Assembly: GCA_020891255.1 (NCBI GenBank)
Contig: BQFW01000001.1
Span: forward strand, 2,790,001 to 2,854,000
Length of the DNA stretch: 64,000 nt
Direction of reading: 5' to 3'
Origin: Entomortierella parvispora E1425
Lineage: Eukaryota; Fungi; Mortierellomycota
Shown here: one piece after another, positions 35,451 through 48,457 of the stretch
Position numbering within the stretch: the first letter of the stretch is position 1
How the letters are laid out: every line of letters starts with the position of its first letter
Translations under genes and position numbers: made by a program
The notes under the pieces: model-generated
Databases searched by the model: none
What the model was told of the DNA's origin: nothing
What the model saw: the letters and a program-made list of their open reading frames with translations, nothing else

Positions 35451-38400
35451 CTACTTTTTTCGTACATAAAACAGGGTATATCCGTGTTCCGACTAGTCAA
35501 AAGAAGCAAACAGTGGTCAGTATCATTATCAGCATAGCAACAGTACCGGAGCAACAAGAGCGAATTAACATATCCTTACCACAGCGACACTCTGGTCGCA
35601 AGGAGACACGCGCGTGTCGTCAAAGTTGGTCCAACTATTGGGCGCTTCGCCTCTCACACAGGCCGTGTAATGACCACTGCTGACCTCACCCGAGTGATTC
35701 GACACTGCATAGAGGTCATAGATCGCTGGCTCTGGTCTTGCATTCTTGGAAGGTGCTGGCAAATACTTGGTCAAGTCCAGATCCTGCATTGGGTATTGGA
35801 CCATCGCCTTGATCTTGTTCTTGAACGGTCCGTCCGAGGAAAACCGCTTCAGTTGGATCAACAACACGTCTGGCAGGCGACTGAGTGTCATTTGCTTGGT
35901 CGCCTTTCGGGCTTTCTTACATCCTGGACAATGCCATGCATTGTCGCCCTCCATTACTTCCTGCTCCACAAAGTTGTTCAGACACCCCAGCAGTGTCTGT
36001 GGCTGTCGCCCACTGGACTTGGCTTTGATCGGCAACGCCAAGTACATGAAGGAATTGTAGGTGGTCGAAGTCTTGTTGCATTTCGTGCATCGGAGCTGGT
36101 TCCTGAATTGACCCTGGAATAAACTCACAATGATCGAATTTTCTCTTCGCAAGTACCGCTGCCATGCAATGTTGGAAGCCTCATAGTCCGGCAGACTCTC
36201 CATCATGGCATCGTCGGCTGCAGATCCCTCTGGCTGCTCTCCTGGTGGTGGACGTTGAGGTTCGCTCTTGAGATCCTCGTGCAAGCCGTCCAACAAAAAG
36301 GATAAAAACTCTTGCGAATCGTGCTGCTCCGTGCCCTTGAACTGGGGTGCAAACCCTGCAATGGCATATCGGAAGCTTGTGGGCGAAATCACAAGAGACT
36401 GCCCACTCCACATACTCCGGATCAGCTCTGAGAAGGCTTCCGCCAACCGTCCTTGGGTGCCCAATGAATTTCGCATGTTGATGTAACGCTTGAAACTGCC
36501 GTCCATGAAGAAGCGGGTCAAGGGAGGCGTTGAGATCAAGCATTGAATCACCGAATTCATATAGCAAGTGTTGCCCAAGTTGGTCAATCCGGTCTTGCCC
36601 AGCTGCGAGCTGCCGATCTTTGAAAAGCCTGATCCAAACTGCGTGTAATTCCTCAGGTCGTTCATTCCTGGTGGTTGCGGGAGCGGTCGCATGGGCTTCG
36701 CTGGAATGTCGGGTCGCATATGGTAGTCAGAATAGGAAGCGGGGACCATCTCGCCATTGTGGTTGCTGTTGTAGGAAGGTCCAGACGAAACTATCTTCCC
36801 TGAGGCAGCTGAAGACATGGACGATCCTGGAAGAGGAATCTTGTCGGGAATAGGAGGCGAAGTCACTGTGGGCGATTGAGGCTTCTCAGCTGCACCGAAA
36901 TTCCTCCAGTGGTCATCATAAACGGTCAAACGCCTCTGTAGACGGCTTGAATCTTGATTGCTAAGGTTTCCGCCCACCATTGTGAACCCATCGCTCGTTC
37001 TGTGATCGTCCATGCGGCCGTACTGTCCGGGCGCATTAGGTGGATAACTACCGGATCCATTCGTCGCGGCAAGAGCGGAATTAACGGACGAACTTGAATA
37101 CATATTTTGAGCTGGGGGATATGACGACGCGTTCAGATTGCTGTAAGGAGTTGCTTGCGGTGGATATGCCATCTTTGATAGTCCTGCTCCGAGCTTTGGG
37201 TTGATCATTGACTGAGGACCATCGCTGCTAGAGATCTAGGATAACATGAAAAATGAAAATAAAAGGTCCGATAGGTAAGGAGAAAACAGCCAGAGTGCCA
37301 ACGATATCATCAAAGCTGAGGTGGGAACGTACATATTCACCAATACTTCGGCTAATGAGGCGACCATCACGCCGATTAATACCGCCTCCTTGGGCCACTT
37401 TGGTGAAGATTGCATGATTGTGAGGCTCGTGATCCCCTGGGATCGGTGTCGATGCTGGCCGAGTTGGGTCGGAATATCCGCTGGTCATCGTTGACGTTGT
37501 TGATGATGCTAGTGTAGGTGTCGCTGTAGACGTTGGGGCCACATCCAGCTGGAGGGCGGCATCTACATCATAGCCCTCCACCCACTTCATTCCCGCACAC
37601 TCAAGCCAGGCGAAAAACCCGCCAACGAGTAAAACGGGTCGTTTTTGCAGAGGCCTTTCAAACTCAAGATCATGCAAAGCTCGAACGAGGTTGATCAGCG
37701 CCGGCGTGTTCATCTCAGTCGAGTCTTGATCATAATAGATTACCAACTGGCTGCTGGCACGAGCACTGAACCATTCTCTTTCCTGAGGTGGGTTATTAAA
37801 TAAACCCTGCTCAGCAATTGACTTTGCAGTAACCCTTTAGGGAGAAGGATAGTCCAAGTTAGTTGCCATACCTAGATACTGTCAGACCAATACATTGACC
37901 CAAAGAGGTGACATTGCAAGACTTACCCTTCACGCAAGGCAACCGGCTCTATATTGACAACCTTTCTGTATTTGATTTTGGCACTCCTGCATTGGAGTTG
38001 AGTCCTGACGTCCAATAAAAGGAGATCTGGGGGTCCATTCGGTTGTGTCATGTACTGGAGGAGTCGCTGCGGCTTAATAGACAATGGATGCTTGTATTCT
38101 TCACCGCTGGGTGTTGAGGTGGTGTATATTGGCTTGCTATTGGTGACAGCTGCTGGGGCCGATGTTGGTGGAGGCAGTGATGCAACTGGCCTAGGAGCAG
38201 GCACAGGACTGGCTGGATTTTGTGCATTTGAAAAGGAGCCTGGTGCAGAGGTCACGGGTATAGGTGAACCAGAATACTGTCCTGAAAATGCTGTCGATGT
38301 TGGAACTGATCCCAAATTACCATAAGAAGTTACCATTTGCTGCTGCTTAGAGGGCACGGATGAGGTTTGAGGAGATCCGTAGATCGTTGGTTGAAGTGGT

Positions 38401-39736
38401 CTGTAGGATGGAAGTGACGAAGGTGGTGGCAAGTGTGGCGAGCTGCCGTTCGAGCTCAAAGAAAGACTGGACATAGATCCCTGCATTGCTGTAATTGACT
38501 CTGAGCTCAGTGAGGGTGAAGAGGATGGCACAGAGGTGAGATACCCAGTTGGAGGCGTGGCGGGTGCCGAAAATGACGAGGTCGGGAGCAAAATTGGGGC
38601 AGATATCGACGTGGCGAAATCAGTTGTCGCGGTGGTCGTGGTGGTATTGTTGGTCTGACCATCATGTCGCGCAGAAAGGAAATCAGGCTTGGATGGCTTT
38701 GGTGGTGGCTTTGGACGACCAGGTCTGGCAGCAGTGGCCAAGGCAGCGGCCTCGATCTCCTGAATCTGCTCGTATTTTGCCTTGAGGAGATCCTTGATCT
38801 TTTCCGTGTCGGAGAAGAGCCCCATAATCCTCTGATATCAATCGAATGTGAAAGAACGTCAGTATGGATCGCCCACTGGACAAAAATAAAGTCTTGCTTT
38901 CAATGAGTTGTCCAGGACACTGATCTGCGTACCTTTTTAAGAGCCAGATATCCCGAATCCGTCTTGTGCTTCTCATAGTCCTTTGTTTCCTTGACAACCT
39001 CGAGCACAATCCTATTTGAAATGATGCCAATGAGAACACGAATATGAGCCTTGGGTGATCATTCGGTTTGATCTCTCGATTCTCCTCAGTCAGCCTCCTC
39101 CTCCTCCTCTAGTGAACCCTCGCCTTGACGATCCATCCTCGGCGTTATTTCCAAACACTTTTGAACCACCCTTGCTCGATGACAGCGCGTGGATCCTGAA
39201 AAGTCGCCTTTGTGCTCATGTCAACTGTAGCCCTGCCTTACAAAACAAGCAAAAATGGGATGACGACGATGATGCAGCGCACAGCAAACCGCCTGCCTCT
39301 CCTTTTCGCGTTCGCAGCTCTTTCTTTTTTCGGTTCCCGACCCTGTTGTAAAAGCCCAAATGATGTCTCTGCTGTGATCTGTCCTGAGCAACAAAAAAAA
39401 ACTCACGCTGTAGCCTTGAGATATTGAACAAATGCTCCTTCCATGTCGCCCCTGACTCTCGCTAGATCTGCCTAGAGTGTGTAAGAGAGAAATAGAAGCA
39501 CGTTAGTCTACTGGTTTCCTCACAAACCGACACCGATGGCCCTTGCCCACGACACAACCCAGAGCACTGCAAGAATGTCTTACGCTGTTGAGGAGGGTGT
39601 TGGCGGAGCTGACATAGTTTTTGAAGGAGTAGCTTGGGTCAAGCTGGACCCTGGCTCTGTCCACTAGGTCCTTAATCTTTTTTGCGGGCGAGTCCAGGAC
39701 ATTGGAGGTGGATGGGGATGAATGAATGGGCATCAT
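35451..39736 (-). CDS. DOA4: Ubiquitin carboxyl-terminal hydrolase Doa4/USP8 (N-terminal helical domain, rhodanese domain, USP domain), multi-exon
   Basis: Cys box TGLTNLGNTCYMNSVIQCL, QHDSQEF, His box YDLYAVSNHSGEVSSGHYTA and final exon GYTLFYVRKK*. The rhodanese segments are LLLLDVR and PVLLVGGFFAW. Confidence 0.9.
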
Positions 39737-40125
39737 GTCTGAAGAGAATGAAGTAAAAGGATATTAAAACGATAAGTCGACCTCGATGCGAAGCACGGAC
39801 TGAATGTGGGGTAGGAGAGGATGCTCCCGGTGGATGGAGCGAGTGTCGCGATTAGTGCAGGGCTGGGGATGGAGGGGAGTGATTAGTTGGAAGAGAGGGA
39901 AGAGAGGGAACAAAGTAAGGAGAGGGAAGGAAAGGAAGGAAAGGAAGGAACGATGCACAGATGCACAGAAGGAAGGAAGGAAGGAATGCAACGAACGAGC
40001 AAGACAGAAAGGCACCCAAGAAAGAAAGAAAGAAAGAAAGACAGCCCACCCCCGCAAGCGTCATGAAGACTCTTTCTGTCCCTAGCATCCTCTGTCCTTG
40101 GTCCTTGGTCCCTGTTGCTGTCGTC

Positions 40126-40269
40126 TGTCCTTGTCCTTGTCCTTGTCCTTGTCCTTGTCCTTGTCCTTGTCCTTGTCCTTGTCCTTGTCCTTGTCCTTGT
40201 CCTTGTCCTTGTCCTTGTCCTTGTCCTTGTCCTTGTCCTTGTCCTTGTCCTTGTCCTTGTCCTTGTCCT
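40126..40269. repeat. Perfect hexamer microsatellite (TGTCCT)24
   Basis: 144 bp of uninterrupted TGTCCT between the DOA4 5' end and the AIP1 3' end. Confidence 0.95.
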
Positions 40270-40610
40270 CTGCCCGCTGTCTGCCTCATTCATGCCTCAT
40301 GCCCCATGTCTGCCAATGGCCCCCCCCCTTCCTTCATCCTCATGTCATCCTGTCTCCCGTCCTCTTGTCGCACTGCCGCCAACGTGCCTGTCAGCCGTCG
40401 CTGGGTCACTCGCCGCCACCTCGTCTCCTACTCCCCTTTCCCCTCCCCTCTTCTCTCCACAGCCGGCCTCGCAATTGCTGTGTTGCACAAGGCAGGAGAC
40501 AGCCCAATGACACCATGCCACCCCTAGACAAAGAAAGGGCCATGCCATCTTTATTTGTTCTTATTGTCTACTGGAACAGCAACGGGTCTGATCCACTTGC
40601 TTTAACCTTT

Positions 40611-43214
40611 TTAATGATGCGTCAGCTTCCATTTCTTGATGCAAGCATCCGCTCCCGTCGACACCACAGTCTCCTCGTCCAAGAAGGCCACGCCAGAGGT
40701 GCTCAGAGCGTGCGCGTTGAGGATCGCAGTCTTCTTCATGGTCTTTTCGCGACTCCACACATACACGTTGGTATCGAGCGAGCCACTAACAGCATAATTT
40801 CCACTGGGCGACCACGCAATCGAGGTAATACGCGCAGTATGGAAGACCCAGTGAGCGATCTTGACCTCGCCTGTTGCTACATCGTACACGTAAATCTTGC
40901 CTGCGCTGTCACCAGCAGCCAACAAGGTGCCATCGGGGTTAAATGCCAGTGCTGTAATGGCGCCCTTGTTGTTGCTCAGGGTATGAACTGCCTTCAGACT
41001 GGTACCATCCAGCGTCATCACATACACCTTGGCATCCTATAAAAGTAAAACAGCGAAACCCCAGGAACCGGTCAGGTTAGAAAAGTCATATTCACATGAT
41101 CCGTCCTTGACAACAGCCCAGCTGTCTACCGCATTTCTTACCTGACTTCCAACGGCGACTGTGGTTCCTTGAGCGCTAATAGCAATGGAGGTGGCACTGT
41201 AGGACACAGGCAGCGATCCGACCTTCTTTCCATTTTGAACAATTCGCACCTCAGATTCGGTAGCCATCACGACCGTCTGATCATCGCTGACAGAGACACC
41301 CTTGGGAAGTCCTCCTGTAGAAACGACGGAAACATTGTTGCTGGAATCAAGAGATGAGATCCTCAAAGTATCATCCATTCCTGCAGAGACGAGTTGAGCG
41401 CCGCTGTAGGCCATTTGCATGACTTGGTTATCGTGGCTTGACTCTTGCAAAGGCGATCCCTCACCAGACTCCTCCTCCCATGACATGACACGACCGTCAT
41501 AACTTCCAGTGAACAGTGTCTTCTTATCAGACGAGACTGTAAAGGCAGTGATGGCCTTTTGGTGACCCTGAATACATGACCATTGAAAAAAGCATTAGTG
41601 GAATGATTTGAAGATATGAACACCGCTTGGATATTTTTGCATCCTCTTACCTTGACGACGCGAGATGCCTTGCTGGTGCTGGGGTCAAGGTAGCTGAGGT
41701 CTCCACCCAAAGCCAAACTGAGAAGGTTGTCGCCCTTCCAGACGTTTCCAACTTGCTGACCATTGAAATTAGTGCCTTGAGAAGAAAGATCAAAGGTTCT
41801 GTAAAGAAGGATATGGTGGGTTAGAGATACAACATACAATGCTTCTTTGATGATGTCTGCCATGATTTCGTGCACTTACGAAACAACACTGGATCGCTCC
41901 ACGTCCCAAATCTTGGCGGTTTGGTCGGCAGAAGAAGTCAAAATACGAGTACTGTCGGGAGACCAAGACAAGGCAAAGATACCGCCAGTATGTCCATTCT
42001 CTGCAGCAGAGAGTTCCTTGATCTTGTCTCCAGTCTTGGCGTCATACAAGAAGATCTATACAAACAACATAGCGGATATGGTCAACCTTCTGCAATCATT
42101 GTCAAGCACGACCCTCTCTATTTTCGTTGAGCCTGATCATACCTTGCCATCAGCACCAACAGATGCAAACATATCGCCATTGTTGCTGAACTTGACCTCC
42201 TGCACAAAGCGCGTGTGGTCCTGAATGGTCTTGTTGTATACGAATGGGACGCCGTTCGAGAAGACCAACGAATTATCATCTCCTCCGGTTACCGCGCGGA
42301 AAGGACGTGTCTGACGGATAGCGACAGTGTTGACAACTTTGGAGTGACCCATAAGCTCTCCGCAGGACGACCCAGTATCGGCCAAAAACGCGTGCCCAAA
42401 CCTATCATTGACGATCAACAGCCATGTCAGCATAAATAATAAAGTCTAGACCATCCTGTGGCTTTTCACCAGACTTACTTTTCCCGTCCATCTCCAACTG
42501 CAATGATGCGCTTGCTCTCACCATCCCAGGCGAGATCGTTGATACGACCATTGATAGCCTAGATCAAAAAGTAACGAGAGATGTACATTAGATCAACTTG
42601 GACAAGGTCTCCATCAAAAGATCGCTCCTTCATCTGGGACAAGGCAACTTACGCGACTTTCCAACTTGAGAATCTGTTCATCACCCACTGTATCCCAGAC
42701 TCTGACGTTGCCTCTCTCATCTACATGGTTCAAGGACAAGGCGGTGTTGGTCAAACAGAAATTATGCCAAAGAATTCTGAGAGAATAGCTTCTTACCACC
42801 CGAGGCAATGTAGTATCCAGATGGGGCAAACTTGGCCACGGTGACATTGCAGGAGTGCTGGTTGTACTCTTTGGAGATATAGGGTTTCTAGTAGATGCAT
42901 CAAAGGTCGTCAGGGAAAGAGAACTCGCTCCTCTGGAAGAAAATAAAGTCGACAGACAAAAAGCTTTAAACAATACCTCGATGTTGCGAATAAAGACAGT
43001 CTTGCCATTGGTATAGAGAAGGTTCTCGCCCTTGGGGTCAGTATCGAGGTGAACAGCCTGGCCGCGAGTGGCGGAAGGAGCACAGGCAAAGATAGAGGCT
43101 AGGAACAAGGACGAGAGGAGAAGGAAATATCCAGAGCGTGTGAGTTGTTGACCCATTTGCTGGTTCAACCACAAGCGGTTCCTGAGATGGGGACATACCG
43201 CGGACAGCAGACAT
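40611..43214 (-). CDS. AIP1: Actin-interacting protein 1 (WDR1), WD40 double propeller, multi-exon
   Basis: MSAVR|[75 protein letters not shown] and [27 protein letters not shown]. Confidence 0.93.
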
Positions 43215-43462
43215 GATGGCAGTAAACTGGGCGATGACAGGACTGAGTAGAGGAGCGGATGTGAGAAAGAAAGATGGGAGGATGGGAGGATGGGGGGGAG
43301 GAGTGAATGAAAGAATGAAAGGGAATGAAAGAACAAAAGAAGAGAAGACAGAAACCCCTGCCCCACCTGCCCTGACTGCAGACTGCTGGCATCAAAACGT
43401 CATAGTTTGAGTCGAGTTGAGTTTGCACAAGGAAAAGGAAAATTTCCGCGTGCTCTCTCTCT

Positions 43463-43510
43463 CTGCCCGTCTGTCTGCCCGTCTGTCTGCCCGTCTGTCT
43501 GCCCGTCTGT
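43463..43510. repeat. 12-bp tandem repeat (CTGCCCGTCTGT)x4 in the AIP1/NNF1 divergent promoter
   Basis: Four consecutive exact units, read directly from the sequence. Confidence 0.9.
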
Positions 43511-43609
43511 CTGTCTGCACTGCACTCTGTCGCGCTGCACTGCACTGCTCTCCTCTTCCCAAACGCCAAAAGCCCGATCACGGAATCCGACTCGCCAGCA
43601 CCTGGAAAA

Positions 43610-44653
43610 ATGGTCCCTGCCCAGTACATGCAGGATCAGCACATGGACCTGGACCATCCTCAGGAGGAGTACCAGGAACATCAGTCCGAGCTAGCGCCAG
43701 AGCCAGAGGGAAAGCGCATGACCAAACTGCGTGGCCTTCTCGACAAGGCCCTGTATGAAACTCTTCGCACATGCAACTTTGACGCTATTCAGGAATGTTT
43801 TCCTTCCCTCGCCGCCGCCAATCCTGAAGAGTTGCGCGTTGCACATGAGAAGGTCTGCACCTTCCTGGATGTCGAGGTTCATGTATGTGATTTCGGAAGG
43901 TTAAGAGTTTGGATTCCGTGCCATGGTCGAAAGCCTACAAAAGTCTGATCCTAATTAAATGTTCTTTCTTTTAGAATGAATTCGAGCAAATCATCAATGA
44001 ACGAAGCATAATCTTCAAACTTAATGCCCTGGATCGTCTGATTGAAGATGCCGAGCAGAAAGGAAGAACAGCTGGATCGAGCACTATTCTGAACCTGTAA
44101 GGGGAATGAACCAACACAGCCCGAGAAAGTCCACCAGCTCGATATCCACAGCAACTAATGACATTCCTCCACAACATAGGTCACCCGATGTCGCTGTAAG
44201 GGCCCGCACCGTGCCTACAAAGGAAGCAGAGATTGAACGACTGAAGGCCGAGTTGGAAAGGGTACTGCCAGCGCTTTGGTTTTTTTTTTTTGTGTGTGTG
44301 TGTGTTATGAGCAATCCATGTTCATGTCATGGTCCACTCATACCGTGCTCCTTCCTCATTCCTATTACAGGTTCAACTGGACAATCGACGCCTTGGAAAT
44401 GCACTCAACCACTCAAAGGCCGAGCAAGCGGCCATCAAGATAGATCTGCTGGAATCCTACAACGAATTCCAAGAGGTAATCGAACGGACCAATCCTTCTT
44501 CTCTTGTCATAGGATGCTGCCAATGACTGGCTGACAAACTCATTTCTATCCCTTTCTACAACTACGCAGGGTTCCAAGAATGCCTCGAGTATCCCAATCC
44601 ACGAGATGGAGCAGCTTCTTGATGCAGCCATGCTTCATGTGCAGGACCTTTAA
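43610..44653 (+). CDS. NNF1: Kinetochore MIND/Mis12 complex subunit Nnf1 (PMF1), multi-exon
   Basis: GKRMTKLRGLLDKAL...FDAIQECFPSLA...NEFEQIINERSIIFKLNALDRLIEDA...SPDVAVRA matches the Nnf1 pattern (CFP; EF..I..ER....KLN.LD.LI..A). Confidence 0.82.
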
Positions 44654-44949
44654 TCACCCAAGAATCATCTTGCTGACCAGGCCCTTATTGTCCTTTGTCC
44701 GTCTCCGTTCCGCCGTCTTGCTTGTAGCCTTTCCCCCTCCCCTTCTGCACATAGTCCGCTTCACAAACACCTTGTACCATACATTTTTTTTCAACAAATA
44801 AACTTGACCCCACACCAAATGAAGAACTCTGGGAAAATTTCACTCTCTCCGACCCAAAAAGAAACCAACGGCGTCCAGCTGATCAATTCGCATTCTTTCT
44901 TCTTTCATCCCTACTCTTCCTCTCCCCTCCCTCCTAATCGCATCGCACC

Positions 44950-46351
44950 ATGAACGTCCGTCCTGTCTCAAGGATCGCTCTGAACTTGACCAGAGGCGCC
45001 TTCCAGCAGTCTGTCAGACGCTCCCTCAACGTAATGCATTTCACCCACGCTGGTAATGATCACCAGATTAGCATTGCTCTAACCGCCGAATTCCTTCTCT
45101 CTCTGCGCAGACCACCTCTGTCTCCCCTGCCGCCTCCCTCTCGTCCAAGTTTGTCAAGATTGTTGAGGTTGGTCCAAGAGACGGCCTCCAGAATGAAAAG
45201 ACTGTTATCCCTGCAGAGACCAAGATCGAGTTTATCAACCGTCTCTCGGATACCGGCTTGTCTGTCGTGGAGGCCACCAGCTTTGTCTCCCCAAAGTGGG
45301 TCCCTCAGGTACGCCTCTTTTCATCCCCACCGCATAGAAAGTGAACCGGAGGAACTGACCACGGCTTCCTCCTTTCAAATAGATGGGCGATGCGACAAAG
45401 GTCATTACTTCCATTAACAAGAAGCCCCACGTCAACTACCCCTGCCTGACTCCTAACGTGAAGGGTCTTGATTCGGCCATTGAGGCTGGTGTCAAGGAAG
45501 TCGCTGTTTTCTTGGCCGCCTCCGACTCTTTCAGCAAAAAGAACATCAACTGCACAGTAGAGGAGAGTTTCGAGCGTGTCCGTCCTCTTATTACAAAGGC
45601 CAAGGAGAACGGAATCCTTGTCCGAGGGTAAGTTTCGATGTGTAGTCCTATGGACTTTGCAAGCATTCTTTCCTTTCATCGCGACTCACGCCTTCATCCT
45701 GTTTACCTTTTTCTGTCTTCTCGTATCAGATACGTCTCCTGCGTTGTCGGCTGCCCCTATGAAGGTCCTATTTCCCCCCGCAAGGTGGCCGAGGTCTCCA
45801 AGAAGCTCTACGACATGGGATGCTACGAGATCTCTCTTGGAGACACCATTGGAGTCGGTACCCCTGGCTCTTTCCGCGAGCTTTTGCATCAAGTGTCCCA
45901 GGTTGTTCCCATGAAGGCCATTGCTGTCCATTGTCACGATACCTATGGTCAGGCCCTTGCCAACATCCATTGCGCGCTTGAGGTAAGAAAAAAAAAAAAA
46001 AAAAAAAAAAAACTGATGGAGCTCGATTGCTTGGAGTACAGGGGAAACTAACCACCGGCTTTATCATAATCCTAATGTTAGATGGGAGTCCGTGTGGTTG
46101 ACAGTTCGATGGCTGGATTGGGTGGATGCCCCTATGCCCCCGGTGCATCTGGAAACGTTGCTACGGAGGATGTAGTTTACATGTTGCAGGGCATGCACTA
46201 CGAAACTGGTGTGGATCTTCAAAAGGCGATCCAGACCGGTAACTGGATCTCGGAGCGTTTGGGCAAGCAGAACGGATCCAAGGCAGCTCGCGCTTTGACT
46301 TTGAAGGCTGTCGCTGCTGCTGCTGCCTGCCCCCCAACTGCCAAGCTGTAG
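44950..46351 (+). CDS. HMGCL: Hydroxymethylglutaryl-CoA lyase, multi-exon
   Basis: [57 protein letters not shown] and [19 protein letters not shown]; ends in AKL*. Confidence 0.96.
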
Positions 46352-46667
46352 ATATTTCATTGTTATGGAAGAATAGAGAAAAGGGGAGCAAACCCCCCGA
46401 AGAATGTTTTTATGTGGATTACTTTCCCACGGCTTCTACGCCATGTAAGCTTGAATTGGATGTTTTTCTGTGCTCCGATGTCGACGGTCCAAATGATTTT
46501 TTGGATCAAAAAATAATTTTGGCGTGCAATCTTACCAGGCTCGGGGCCTGAACTGTCGAACAGCTGTCCCACTGCGACTTTGTGGAGCACAGAGCTGTTG
46601 GTCCAATTCCACACAAGAGTGAGAGAGACAGAGAGAGAAAAAAGAAAAAAGGTGTGAGCGATGGCCA

Positions 46668-46830
46668 CAGTGTGCAGTGTGCAGTGTGCAGTGTGCAGTG
46701 TGCAGTGTGCAGTGTCCAGTGTGCAGTGTGCAGTGTCCAGTGTGCAGTGTGCAGTGTCCAGTGTGCAGTGTGCAGTGTCCAGTGTGCAGTGTGCAGTGTC
46801 CAGTGTGCAGTGTGCAGTGTCCAGTGTGCA
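46668..46830. repeat. Heptamer array CAGTGT(G/C) x23 with 21-bp higher-order periodicity
   Basis: Six CAGTGTG units, then [CAGTGTC CAGTGTG CAGTGTG]x5, then CAGTGTC CAGTGTG CA. It starts 3 nt past the stop codon of the PQ-loop gene. Confidence 0.93.
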
Positions 46831-46833
46831 ACT

Positions 46834-47715
46834 TTATTTCATGTCATCGGGATGACCGCCCACCTCTTCTTCCTCGAGCTCCCTGGGTTGGTTCCTTTGC
46901 CGCCTTTGTCTCGTCACCACAAGCGCGCCTGCCAACAAGATCAAGACTCCCAGCGGACAGACAAGACTCACGGCCGAGGTCCTCAACACCAACAGAGCCG
47001 CAAACCCTGCTAGCAACAGACTCAACAGGACCGTAACCGGATGGGAGATTCGCTTTGGTTGCGTGTAAATCACCAATTGCATGAAATTGAAATACGCGAG
47101 CGTCGAGGAGAAATAGGTCATGTAGACGTATTGCGTGGGCATCAACAGCGAGAATTGCATGATCACATCCGTGGTCTTGCCCACAAACGACAAGGCCAAG
47201 GAGATGTAGCTTTGACCCTCAACGGACCGACGTTGCATATTGAGGACGACTTGGAAATAGGTTTCGACTGACCAAAGTACGATGGAGATCCAGACCATCT
47301 TGGAAGACGTCTCTCCGCCTCCCCCAAAGACCTTGACCGTCTCCATTGCGATCAAAGCCGAATATACAGAGAGGGACAGGACAGTGAGGAGGGCCTTCCG
47401 GTGCAGAGAAGCCTCTGAATAGACCAGGAACTGAAGAAGCATGCCAGCCTCAAGAATGGGCATGTACCAACCGCTGATACGAGTGAACAAAGGCACTTGA
47501 ATCTGGAGAATGAAGAAGAGATTGATAAGACTGGCCGTGAAATTACATGAGGCCCAGAGGAAGCTAAGACCATCTGTGGAGCGTCTCCGAAAGTTCTTGA
47601 GAAGCTGAGGAAGCAAGACAAGGAACCAAATGACATTACTAATGTATCCGCACACGTTGGCGAATACGCAAAGACCTTCGGGCAGATTGCCGTCACAGTT
47701 CTCGTGAAGACCCAT
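46834..47715 (-). CDS. PQ-loop repeat membrane transporter, intronless, 293 aa
   Basis: GYISNVIWFLVLLPQLLKNFRRRSTDGLS, and a second repeat SVETYFQVVLNMQRRSVEGQSY. There are multiple transmembrane helices. Confidence 0.85.
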   Translation of the reverse strand: MGLHENCDGNLPEGLCVFANVCGYISNVIWFLVLLPQLLKNFRRRSTDGLSFLWASCNFTASLINLFFILQIQVPLFTRISGWYMPILEAGMLLQFLVYSEASLHRKALLTVLSLSVYSALIAMETVKVFGGGGETSSKMVWISIVLWSVETYFQVVLNMQRRSVEGQSYISLALSFVGKTTDVIMQFSLLMPTQYVYMTYFSSTLAYFNFMQLVIYTQPKRISHPVTVLLSLLLAGFAALLVLRTSAVSLVCPLGVLILLAGALVVTRQRRQRNQPRELEEEEVGGHPDDMK

Positions 47716-48457
47716 GGGTTCTTTCTTGTTGAAGAGGTCAGAGGGACAGGGGCGGGCGCGAGGCAAAGTCTGCTCAGTACGAGAGGGAAGGATGAGGAGG
47801 AAGGAAAGAGGGGAAATGTGGGCGTTTTTTTTTTTTTTTTTGTTCTTTTAGTCTGCACCTTTGTGTTATCCCTCAATTGCTTCGAGCAAGGGCTCAGTAA
47901 GCACAGAAGCTGTGCCCTCAAAAACTCTCCGCGCCTTGCAGACTTTGTGACCAACACTCTTTCCTGTTGGAACCCGATCCATACTGAGTTCAGCGAGCCC
48001 TGTCCTCTTTGCTTTGCCAAATGGTAAATGGCAACCATTGGGGTATGTGACCAGAGTCGACACGTTCAAGTAGCATCAAATGGCATCAACGAACAACTCA
48101 TTCTCCAAACCAGCGACTTTTCAGCTATATCAGGCACAATTGCAAATGTAGAACCTATCCTAAATTGTTCCTCGACCGCTTTTACTCGAGAATAAACGAC
48201 TGATCAAAAGCCACAACTCGACTAGACGATGATTGGCGACGAAATCAGGCACTCAAAATTTTGGCAAAGTAAACTCGCTAAGGGCTGCAAGCATGCTGCA
48301 TGTTTTTCAGAAGTCAGGTATCCAACCCGTTTTTTTATATTTAAAAAAAAAAAAAAAAAAAAAAAAATCAAAACATCCATGGTCGACCGTTTAGGAAGAA
48401 GGTCCGTGAACACAGACCCTGCTTTTTATTTCATATTTTCCGTTTTTTTTAAAAAGT

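Noticed and set aside
39852-40527. ORFs with (GQ)n, (RT)n, (CP)n, (SL)n and (VL)n runs
   Set aside because: These are six-frame translations of the (TGTCCT)24 microsatellite.
46532-47036. ORFs with HTGHCTL and CSVQCAV repeats resembling metal-binding peptides
   Set aside because: They are translations of the heptamer array, open in several frames on both strands, with no independent coding evidence.
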